From Clostridia bacterium (GTDB taxonomy: Bacteria > Bacillota > Clostridia > TANB77 > CAG-465), in NCBI GenBank assembly GCA_036653755.1, contig JAVVTJ010000001.1:8928-72927 (forward strand): 64,000 bases of DNA. The letters run 5' to 3'. Numbering within the stretch: the first letter of the stretch is position 1; every line of letters begins with the position of its first letter. The notes below the pieces were generated by a model that worked only from the letters and a program-made list of their open reading frames with translations, made no database searches and was not told the origin of the DNA. The position numbers and the translations under genes were made by a program. Of this stretch, positions 21,582-29,925 are shown piece after piece.

Positions 21582-22064
21582 ATGAGTCATTGTGAAGGAT
21601 GTAATGGTTGCCTTGTTGATGAAAAAACTAAGACAATAGCCAGTAAATATAAAAATGTTGAAGGCGCAATAATGTCAGCATTGCATGAGGTTCAAAATGA
21701 ATATGGATATATTCCAGAAAATGTTCAGAAATATTTATCAAAAGAGTTAAATGTTCCAATGGCAGATATTTATGGTATAATAACATTTTATTCGAGATTT
21801 TCACTTATGCCAAAAGGTAAATATAATATTCAAGTTTGTATGGGAACAGCATGTTATGTAAAAGGCGCAGAAGATGTTTTAAATGAATTTAAAAATCAGC
21901 TTAAAATAAAAGAAGGACAAGTAACAGAAGATGGTAAATTCTCACTAGAATCAGTAAGGTGTATTGGTGCATGTGGTTTGGCACCTGCAATAGTTGTAAA
22001 TGCAGAAGTCTATGGAAAAATGTCGCCTGATAAAGTAAAAGAAATAATAGAAAAATGTGAATAA
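21582..22064 (+). CDS. NuoE-like [2Fe-2S] subunit of multimeric [FeFe] hydrogenase (HydC-type)
   Basis: 160 aa thioredoxin-like ferredoxin (CMGTACYVKGA...CIGACGLAP). Confidence 0.8.
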   Translation: MSHCEGCNGCLVDEKTKTIASKYKNVEGAIMSALHEVQNEYGYIPENVQKYLSKELNVPMADIYGIITFYSRFSLMPKGKYNIQVCMGTACYVKGAEDVLNEFKNQLKIKEGQVTEDGKFSLESVRCIGACGLAPAIVVNAEVYGKMSPDKVKEIIEKCE

Positions 22065-22080
22065 TTGGAGGAAAATGTAA

Positions 22081-22867
22081 TTGTATAAAATTATATTTAC
22101 TGATATTGATGGAACTTTGCGAAATATAAAATAGAACTATGAAGAGTATAAAAAACATCACTAAAAAAGGAATATTAGTTGTACTTGCCTCAGGTAAGCC
22201 ACGAAAATATACAGAAGATATTAGTAAATATTGCTATGCAAGTAAATATGTTATTACTTCAAATGGCGGTAATATATATGATTATGAATCCAAAACAGAT
22301 ATGTATTTAAATATTATGGATAAAGAGGCATGTACTACGTTATATAATATTGCTATGAAAAATAATGTAAGATATATAATGAATGTAGGTGATGTAAGAG
22401 TTGTAAGTTGTTTAAAATTTTTTGATGGAACTGAAACTAAACTTGAAACAAATATAGAAGAATTTGTAAGAAGTAATGCTATCGTGCAGTGTACAATAGC
22501 AGATTCTAGTTTTAATAAAATTAAAAAAATAAAGTCAGATATACAAAAGATAAAAAATGTAGAAATAAAAAATCAGCATAAAAGTTTAATTGATAGTAGC
22601 GTATTGCCAGAAGGAACAATATATTATGATATTGCAAATATTGAATCATCGAAAGGATTAGCAGTAGAAAAACTTTGCAATATGTTGAATATTGATATAA
22701 AAGATAGTATAGCAATAGGTGATGATTATAATGACATATCAATGTTTAAAAAAGTAGGATATAGCGTAGTAATGGGAAATGCTAATGATAATGTTAAAAA
22801 ATATGCAAATGAAGTTATAAACTCAAATGATGAAAATGGAGTTGCTATATTTTTAGAAAATTTATAG
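22081..22867 (+). pseudogene. Cof-type HAD phosphatase, N-terminal motif I in a different frame (frameshift near 22127-22134)
   Basis: TTG 22081 frame encodes LYKIIFTDIDGTLRNIK* (HAD motif I DxDGT) and stops at 22132. The main ORF 22139-22867 (KGILVVLASGKP..., GDDYNDISMF motif IV) is in the adjacent frame. One extra A in the a4 run would fuse them. Confidence 0.55.
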
Positions 22868-22878
22868 GAGGAAAATGT

Positions 22879-24705
22879 ATGCAAAAAACATCTAAACAGT
22901 TAAGCAATATAAGAAAAAATACAATTTTAAAATTTAAAGATACTAGAATAATGGTATGTTCTGGTACTGGTTGTACTTCGTCTAAAAGTAATCTAATATT
23001 AGAAGCACTTCAAAGCGAAATTGAAAATCAAAGTGCAAATGTAACTGTGCAAAAAACTGGCTGCTTTGGCTTTTGTGCAAAAGGTCCTATTGTCGTAATA
23101 GAGCCAGATCAAACGTTTTATGAAATGGTAAAGCCAGAAGATGCCAAAGACATTGTAGAAGCTGTAAAATCTGGTAATAAAGTTATGCGCTTAATACCAA
23201 AAGAAAATGATAAATTTGTGCAAAAATGGCATGAACTTAATTTCTATAAAAAGCAGATGAGATTAGCACTTAGAAATTGTGGGTATATAAATCCTGAAAA
23301 AATAGATGAATATATTGCAGCAGATGGATATTTAGCATTAGAAAAAGTGCTATTACACTCAAGCCCGGATGAAGTAGTATCAACTATCCTTACTTCTGGG
23401 CTTCGTGGTAGAGGTGGAGCTGGATTTCCAACTGGCAAAAAGTGGCAGTTTACAAAAGCTGCTACAAGTGATATAAAATATGTATGCTGTAATGCGGATG
23501 AAGGTGATCCTGGTGCTTTTATGGATAGAAGTATATTAGAAGGAGATCCGCATAGCGTATTAGAAGCAATGACAATTGCAGGATATACAATCGGTTCAAA
23601 TGATGGATATATTTATGTAAGAGCAGAGTATCCAATTGCCGTAAAAAGATTAGAAATTGCAATTGCACAGTCTAAAGAATATGGACTTTTAGGAAATAAT
23701 ATATTAGGTACTAATTTTAGTTTTAACATAGAACTTAGATTAGGTGCAGGTGCGTTTGTTTGTGGAGAAGAAACAGCACTTATGAATTCAATTGAAGGAA
23801 AAAGAGGCGAGCCAAGACCTAGACCACCTTTTCCAGCAGTTAAAGGATTATTTGGAAAACCAACATTACTTAACAATGTTGAAACTTATGCAAATATACC
23901 ACAGATCATTTTAAAAGGTGCTAATTGGTATAATAAAATAGGAACAGAAACATCAAAAGGTACAAAAGTATTTGCTTTGGGTGGTAATATAAATAATGTG
24001 GGACTTGTTGAAGTACCTATGGGAACAACACTTAGAGAAATAGTTTATGACATAGGTGGCGGAATTCCAAATGGTAAAAAGTTTAAAGCTGCGCAAACTG
24101 GCGGTCCTAGTGGTGGCTGTATACCAGCTGAAAATTTAGATACACCAATAGATTATGAATCGTTAGCTAAAATAGGTTCAATGATGGGTTCAGGTGGACT
24201 TATTGTAATGGATGAAAGTAAATGTATGGTAAATATTGCTAAGTTTTTTTTAGAATTTACTGTAGAGGAATCTTGTGGAAAATGTCCACCATGCAGAATT
24301 GGTACAAAAAGAATGCTAGAAATATTAACTAGAATTACAGAAGGAAAAGGCAAGATAGAAGATTTAGAAAAGCTAGAACATTTAGCAGGTGTTATAAAAG
24401 ATGCATCGCTTTGTGGACTTGGTCAAACAGCACCAAATCCAGTACTTAGTACTTTAAAATATTTTAGAGATGAATATATAGAGCATATTGTAAATAAAAG
24501 ATGTAGTGCAGGAGAATGTAAGTCACTTACAAAAGTTCATATTAATCCGGATATATGTAAGCAATGTGGAATTTGTAAAAAAAATTGTCCTGTTGGTGCA
24601 ATAAATGGTGAAGTAAAACAAGGCGCATTTGAAATCAATCAAGATAAATGTATAAAATGTGGCGTATGTATTACTAAATGTCCATTTAAAGCAATTAGTA
24701 AATAG
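22879..24705 (+). CDS. NuoF-like NADH-binding flavoprotein subunit of multimeric [FeFe] hydrogenase (HydB-type)
   Basis: N-terminal 2Fe-2S thioredoxin-like domain, GRGGAGFPTGKKW FMN/NAD site, C-terminal two 4Fe-4S motifs (CKQCGICKKNCP, CIKCGVCITKCP). Confidence 0.85.
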   Translation: MQKTSKQLSNIRKNTILKFKDTRIMVCSGTGCTSSKSNLILEALQSEIENQSANVTVQKTGCFGFCAKGPIVVIEPDQTFYEMVKPEDAKDIVEAVKSGNKVMRLIPKENDKFVQKWHELNFYKKQMRLALRNCGYINPEKIDEYIAADGYLALEKVLLHSSPDEVVSTILTSGLRGRGGAGFPTGKKWQFTKAATSDIKYVCCNADEGDPGAFMDRSILEGDPHSVLEAMTIAGYTIGSNDGYIYVRAEYPIAVKRLEIAIAQSKEYGLLGNNILGTNFSFNIELRLGAGAFVCGEETALMNSIEGKRGEPRPRPPFPAVKGLFGKPTLLNNVETYANIPQIILKGANWYNKIGTETSKGTKVFALGGNINNVGLVEVPMGTTLREIVYDIGGGIPNGKKFKAAQTGGPSGGCIPAENLDTPIDYESLAKIGSMMGSGGLIVMDESKCMVNIAKFFLEFTVEESCGKCPPCRIGTKRMLEILTRITEGKGKIEDLEKLEHLAGVIKDASLCGLGQTAPNPVLSTLKYFRDEYIEHIVNKRCSAGECKSLTKVHINPDICKQCGICKKNCPVGAINGEVKQGAFEINQDKCIKCGVCITKCPFKAISK

Positions 24706-24780
24706 AAGTTAATTTATATAATAGTAGTAGCTATATAAATGTGTATCCAAAAATGTATGTTTTTTGGGTGTTGTACAATT

Positions 24781-24800
24781 TTTTATAAAGCTAGCCCAAA
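24781..24800. repeat. GCTAGCCC-box copy (ttttataaagctagcccaaa) between hydB and hydA
   Basis: Follows a hairpin (ccaaaaa...tttttgg, 24746-24770) and precedes the hydA RBS. Confidence 0.65.
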
Positions 24801-24820
24801 GGGAGGTTTAAGGTAAATAT

Positions 24821-26578
24821 ATGAGTAAAAAAATGATTACATTAAATATAGATGGAAAAGATGTAACAGTAGAAGAAGGCACTACAATATTAGAAGCAGC
24901 TAGAAAAATAGATATAGATATACCAACTTTATGTTTCTTAAAAGAAATAAACGAAGTTGGCGATTGTAGAATGTGTTTAGTTGATATTGAAGGTGTAAGA
25001 GGATATAAAGCTTCATGTGTATATCCTGCCGAAGAAGGATTAGTTGTTAGAACTAATACAAAAGACTTAATTGATACAAAAAGAACAATTTTAGAACTTA
25101 TTTTATCATCTCATGAAAAAAAATGTTTAACTTGTATTAGAAATACAAATTGCAGATTACAAGATTTATGTCGTAGATTTGAAATACCAGATTTAGAATT
25201 TGAAGGTGAAATGCCAGAAGCAGTTTTAGATGATTCATCTCCTTGTATAGTTAGAAATACAGCTAAATGTATTTTATGTAGAAGATGCATTAATGTATGT
25301 AAAAAAGTTCAAGGAGTTTCGGCTATAAGTAATGTAGATAGAGGTTTTAAATCTCATGTTGGCGTAGCACTTAATATGGGAATAAAAGATTCAACATGCG
25401 TTGGCTGTGGTCAGTGTATACTTCATTGCCCAGTTGGGGCACTTACTGAAAAAAGTAATATCAAAGGTTTAAAAGCAGCACTTGCAGATAAAAACAAAAT
25501 AGTAATTATTCAAACAGCACCAGCTGTAAGAGCAACTATTGGTGAAGAATTTGGTATGCAAGTTGGAAGTTTAGTTACTGGTAAAATGGTATCAGCATTA
25601 AGAAGACTTGGATTTGATAAAGTTTTTGATACAGATATTGGTGCAGATATTACAATAATGGAAGAGGCAACAGAATTCATATCAAGACTTAAAAATGGCT
25701 CAAAACTTCCAATGATAACTTCTTGTAGTAGTAGCTGGATTAATTTTGCAGAAAAATTTTATCCAGAACAGCTTTCATATTTATCTACAACTAAATCTCC
25801 TATGGAAATATTAGGAACGCTAATTAAAACATATTATGCAGAAAAAGTACATATTGCACCTGAAAATATATATTCTGTTGCACTTATGCCTTGTTCTGCT
25901 AAAAAATCTGAAATATTAAGAGAAGAATTAATGCTAGAAAATGGACTTCAAGCAGTAGATAATGTTGTGACAACAAGAGAAATGGCAAGGCTTCTAAAAG
26001 AATCAAATATTGACTTATCTAGTTTAGATGATGAAGAATTCGATAGTCCATTAGGACTTGCTACTGGTGCAGGACATATATTTGGCACAACTGGTGGAGT
26101 TATGGAAGCGGCACTTCGTAGTGTTTCATATTTATTAGATGGAACTGAAATAGAAAATGTTGAGTTTAAGGCTGTAAGAGGAAACAGTAGTATTAAAGAG
26201 GCAGAAATAGTTGTAGCAGGAGTAACTCATAAAATAGCAGTAGCACAAGGACTAAGTAATGTTTCAAAAATAATGGATGAAATAAAAAATGGAGAAAGTA
26301 AATATAGTTTTGTAGAAGCAATGTCATGTCCGGGTGGTTGTATAAATGGTGGAGGCCAGCCACTTGTTGATGAATATAAAGCAAGTAAAATTGATGTAAT
26401 AGGTCTTCGTGCAAAGGCGTTATATGAAGCAGATAAAAAAGCGTTATATAGAAAATCACATCAAAATCCATATGTAAAAGAAATATACAAAAATTATATA
26501 GGAGAGCCAAACGGAAAACATGCACATGAATTATTACACACTCACTACAAAAAACAAGACGTATATGTAAAGCATTAG
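24821..26578 (+). CDS. hydA: [FeFe] hydrogenase catalytic subunit (HydA, CpI-like domain architecture) with non-canonical L1 motif
   Basis: 2Fe-2S N-domain, His-ligated and two Cys 4Fe-4S clusters. H-domain motifs L2 MPCSAKKSE and L3 EAMSCPGGCINGGGQP present. L1 reads PMITSCSSSWINF (25709-25738) instead of TSCCPxW. Confidence 0.85.
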   Translation: MSKKMITLNIDGKDVTVEEGTTILEAARKIDIDIPTLCFLKEINEVGDCRMCLVDIEGVRGYKASCVYPAEEGLVVRTNTKDLIDTKRTILELILSSHEKKCLTCIRNTNCRLQDLCRRFEIPDLEFEGEMPEAVLDDSSPCIVRNTAKCILCRRCINVCKKVQGVSAISNVDRGFKSHVGVALNMGIKDSTCVGCGQCILHCPVGALTEKSNIKGLKAALADKNKIVIIQTAPAVRATIGEEFGMQVGSLVTGKMVSALRRLGFDKVFDTDIGADITIMEEATEFISRLKNGSKLPMITSCSSSWINFAEKFYPEQLSYLSTTKSPMEILGTLIKTYYAEKVHIAPENIYSVALMPCSAKKSEILREELMLENGLQAVDNVVTTREMARLLKESNIDLSSLDDEEFDSPLGLATGAGHIFGTTGGVMEAALRSVSYLLDGTEIENVEFKAVRGNSSIKEAEIVVAGVTHKIAVAQGLSNVSKIMDEIKNGESKYSFVEAMSCPGGCINGGGQPLVDEYKASKIDVIGLRAKALYEADKKALYRKSHQNPYVKEIYKNYIGEPNGKHAHELLHTHYKKQDVYVKH

Positions 26579-26739
26579 GGCTAGCTTTTTAAAAAATTGT
26601 GCAATGCTAAAATTAGCCTCAAAATGTTTAGACTAGGAATTGTGCAACGCTAAAAGTAAAGTACAATATATGAATTAAAAGTGGCAAAAAAATCGAAGAA
26701 AAAGTAGTTAATAAAAATTTTAAAAAGCTAGCCCTAATG
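26575..26739. repeat. 119-bp core flanked by inverted GCTAGCCC boxes (MITE-like mini-element)
   Basis: Left box cattagggctagctttttaaaaaa (26575-26598, contains the hydA TAG stop). Right box ttttaaaaagctagccctaatg (26718-26739). Core has imperfect direct repeat aattgtgcaatgctaaaa / aattgtgcaacgctaaaa. Confidence 0.65.
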
Positions 26740-26765
26740 TTTAGTTTTATATAAAGGAGAAATAT

Positions 26766-28218
26766 ATGAATGTAAGTTATGTAATGATACAAGCGTGGAT
26801 AAGAATTATTGAAGTGTTAGTGATACTACTTTGTGGTATGATATTATACAGATATTCAATATTAAATAAAATCAAAGAAAATAAATTAATCAAAAAGCAA
26901 GCATTTACTGATCCACTTACTGGTAAGGGTAATAGGCATAAATTTTTAAATGATATTGATGAACATCTAAAAAAGAAAAACAAATTTGCCGTTTGCTTTA
27001 TGGATTTAGATGGTTTTAAACATGTAAATGACACACTTCGGTCATGATGCAGGTGATTTACTTTTAATTGAGCTATCTAGAATGTTAGAAAAGGGTTTAC
27101 CATCAACATCTATTTCATATAGGCTTGGTGGAGATGAATTTGCAATAATAATGGACAAGGTAAATACAATAGAAGAAATATCTAAAATACTAGATAATCT
27201 AAAAATAACTTTAAATACACCAGTCCTTATATCTGATACCAAAATTGTACTTGAATATAGTTTAGGTGTTGCAATTTATCCAACTGATGGTAAAACAAGA
27301 ATAGAACTTATGGGATATGCAGATGATGCTATGTACTACATAAAGGAAAATGGCAAAAACAGTTATTATTTTCATAATGAAGCATTAAAAGCAAAATTAA
27401 ATAATAAAAAGAAAATGGAAATAGATTTAAAAGCAGCACTTGAAAAGCAAGAGTTTAATATTGAATTCCAACCAAGAGCTAATCTTAGTAATTTGAATGA
27501 AATATGTTTAGAAGCATTAATATTTTGGCAACATCCTGTTTTAGGAAAATTAAGTTCAGAGTATTTTATAAAGCAAGCAGAAGAAATGGGTATTGTAATT
27601 TATTTAGATGAATTTGTACTTAGAAAAACTTGTGAAAAGCTAGATGAACTAAATTTAGAAGGATACAAAAATGTTAAAATGGCAGTAAATATCTCTAACT
27701 TACACGCTAAAAGACATGATTTTGTAGATAGATTATGTTCAATAGTAAATGAATATGCCTTTAATAAAGGTGATATAACCGTTGAATTTACTAATAAAGT
27801 AAATGTTAAATATTTATCTAGTTATAAATATTTAATTGATAATTTAAAAGAAGTAGGAGTATCAGTATGTGTATCTAATTTAGAACTTAAATATGAAAAT
27901 CTAATTGCATTTAAAGGTTTTCAAATAGATGAAATTAAATTAAATGTTGGATATATATCAAAAGGCTCTACTTTAAATAAATTGCTACTTAAAGATATTG
28001 TAACTATTTGTAAAGATTTAGACTATTTAACAACTATAATTTGTATTGAAGATGAAAATGAATTAAAAGCAGCACTGGATGCTAAGGCAGATAAAGTTCA
28101 AGGTAATTATTTATTTAAAAAAATATCATCTCATGATTTAACTGACTTCATAATAAATTATCCTGCTTTAAGAGATGGACTTGAAAATGTTGTTAAAAAA
28201 TTAGAATATAAGGGGTAG
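26766..28218 (+). pseudogene. Membrane-anchored GGDEF-EAL protein, interrupted by +1 frameshift at CGG 27039-27041
   Basis: ORF1 ends ...FKHVNDTLRS*. ORF2 (ATG 27028, +1 frame) continues THFGHDAGD...RLGGDEFAI then an EAL domain. Removing the C of ctt-CGG-tca gives the canonical ...NDTLGHDAGD... Confidence 0.7.
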
Positions 28219-28223
28219 ATTTA

Positions 28224-28943
28224 ATGAATAAGACAGTAGTTATAACAGGAGCTGCAAAGGGCATAGGTAGAGCTATTGCCCTTGAATTTAAAAAACAAGG
28301 ATATAATGTATGTATAACGTATAATAAATCTAAAATAGAAGCAGAAAAACTAAAAAATGAAGGAATAGATATATATCATCTTGATATGAATGTTACTGAA
28401 AAGATAGATATTGTTATAGATCAAATAGTTAGTAAGTACGGGAAAATTGATTGCTTAGTAAATAATGCCGGAATTTGTCAAACTAAACTATTTACTGATT
28501 TAACAAATGAGGATATAACTGAAATGCTAAACGTAAACTTAATATCTATGATGAACATTACAAAATCAGTTCTAAACAAAACGATGCTAAAACATAAAAA
28601 TGCTTCTGTTATTAATATATCATCAATATGGGGAATAACTGGTGGTTCTTGCGAAGTAGCATATAGCACTTCAAAAGCAGGTGTAATTGGATTTACTAAA
28701 TCACTAGCACACGAACTTGGTTTATCTAATATAACAGTTAACTCAATAGCACCAGGGGCTATAAAGACAGATATGTTAAATAGTTTAAATCAAGACGAAC
28801 TTGAATCATTTAAGCAAGAAATACCACTAAATAGAATTGGCGAGCCAGAAGATATAGCAAAAGTTGCAACATTTTTAGCAAGTGATGGTGCAAGATATAT
28901 TACAGGACAAGTACTAGCAGTAGATGGTGGATATACAATATAA
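28224..28943 (+). CDS. Short-chain dehydrogenase/reductase, FabG-like 3-oxoacyl-ACP reductase
   Basis: TGAAKGIGRAIA glycine-rich motif, NNAG, catalytic YxxxK region. Confidence 0.75.
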   Translation: MNKTVVITGAAKGIGRAIALEFKKQGYNVCITYNKSKIEAEKLKNEGIDIYHLDMNVTEKIDIVIDQIVSKYGKIDCLVNNAGICQTKLFTDLTNEDITEMLNVNLISMMNITKSVLNKTMLKHKNASVINISSIWGITGGSCEVAYSTSKAGVIGFTKSLAHELGLSNITVNSIAPGAIKTDMLNSLNQDELESFKQEIPLNRIGEPEDIAKVATFLASDGARYITGQVLAVDGGYTI

Positions 28944-28953
28944 GGAGAAAAAA

Positions 28954-29586
28954 TTGATAGAAGAAGAAAAGCAAAGATTAGCAAATATGTTAATGTATGA
29001 AAAAGAGTTTAAATCCGAGGGGTATAAATATATTGCAGGAGTAGATGAAGCAGGCAGAGGACCACTTTGTGGACCCGTAGTAGCTGCAGCTGTTATATTT
29101 TTATCTAATGATATAGATATTGAAGGAATAAACGATTCCAAAAAAATATCTGAGAAAAAAAGAGAAAAAATATATGAAGAACTTGTAAATAGTGAAAATG
29201 TAATTTATGCTGTTGGTATGTCAAGTGTAGAAGTTATTGAAAAAGTCAATATTTTAAATGCAACAAAACTTGCAATGAAAGAAGCAATAAGCAAATTAAA
29301 AATAAAACCAGATTATGTAATAATAGACGGTAATCAAAAATTAGATATAGAAATGAGTAGCTTAACTTTAATATCAGGTGATAGTAAATCAGCATCAATT
29401 GCCGCAGCTAGTATAATTGCAAAAGTTACAAGAGATAGAATGCTCAGAGAATATGACATAAAATATCCAGAATATGGATTTTTAAATAATAAAGGCTATG
29501 GAACAAAAATGCATATTGAAGCCATAAAAAAATATGGTCTTTGTGAAATTCATAGACCTAGTTTTTGTAAACATTTTGTAAAATAA
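28954..29586 (+). CDS. rnhB: Ribonuclease HII
   Basis: GVDEAGRGPLCGPVVAAAVIF active-site motif. TTG 28954 after AAGGAG (the track start 28924 lies inside fabG). Confidence 0.85.
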   Translation: MIEEEKQRLANMLMYEKEFKSEGYKYIAGVDEAGRGPLCGPVVAAAVIFLSNDIDIEGINDSKKISEKKREKIYEELVNSENVIYAVGMSSVEVIEKVNILNATKLAMKEAISKLKIKPDYVIIDGNQKLDIEMSSLTLISGDSKSASIAAASIIAKVTRDRMLREYDIKYPEYGFLNNKGYGTKMHIEAIKKYGLCEIHRPSFCKHFVK

Positions 29587-29594
29587 TATGTACC

Positions 29595-29630
29595 ATAGTT
29601 TCCAGTAATATTTAAATTACTGGAAACTAT
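29595..29630. terminator. Bidirectional terminator between rnhB and the convergent small gene
   Basis: Perfect inverted repeat atagtttccagta...tactggaaactat with T-run. Confidence 0.65.
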
Positions 29631-29637
29631 TTTTAAA

Positions 29638-29910
29638 TTAAGCAGAAATCAAACAAGAAAAAATGTTTATTTTATTTAAAAGCATTGTTTCTAAATTAGT
29701 AATAGCAGAAATAGTATTTTTAACAGATAAGTTAACTGCTAAAAGTTGCTCAGGTGTTACATTTGGAATAGCAACAAAAGCTTGAATTTTTTCTCCTTCG
29801 GCATTTAATATATGAGATATTCCAGTTTCTTCTAAAGCAACTGATGAAATAATATCTGAAACAGCTTCAATTCTAGTTTTTGTTCCTGGAACAATAATTG
29901 GCATTGACAT
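29638..29910 (-). CDS. Small protein paralogous to the C-terminal helical module of the upstream 553-aa protein
   Basis: 90 aa. ...ISHILNAEGEKIQAFVAIPNVTPEQLLAVNLSVKNTISAITNLETMLLNKI aligns with ...LSHIINAEGEKIQAMLAIPGISQANLLAINNSVQSNLDAITLLEGILQQKL of the large protein. 15-bp gap to the upstream gene (same operon). Confidence 0.65.
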   Translation of the reverse strand: MSMPIIVPGTKTRIEAVSDIISSVALEETGISHILNAEGEKIQAFVAIPNVTPEQLLAVNLSVKNTISAITNLETMLLNKINIFSCLISA

Positions 29911-29925
29911 AAAAACACATCCTTT

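Noticed and set aside
22139-22867. Treating the HAD frameshift as part of the CGG pattern
   Set aside because: The junction is in a short A-run with no CGG, so a different cause is more likely (ordinary indel or error).
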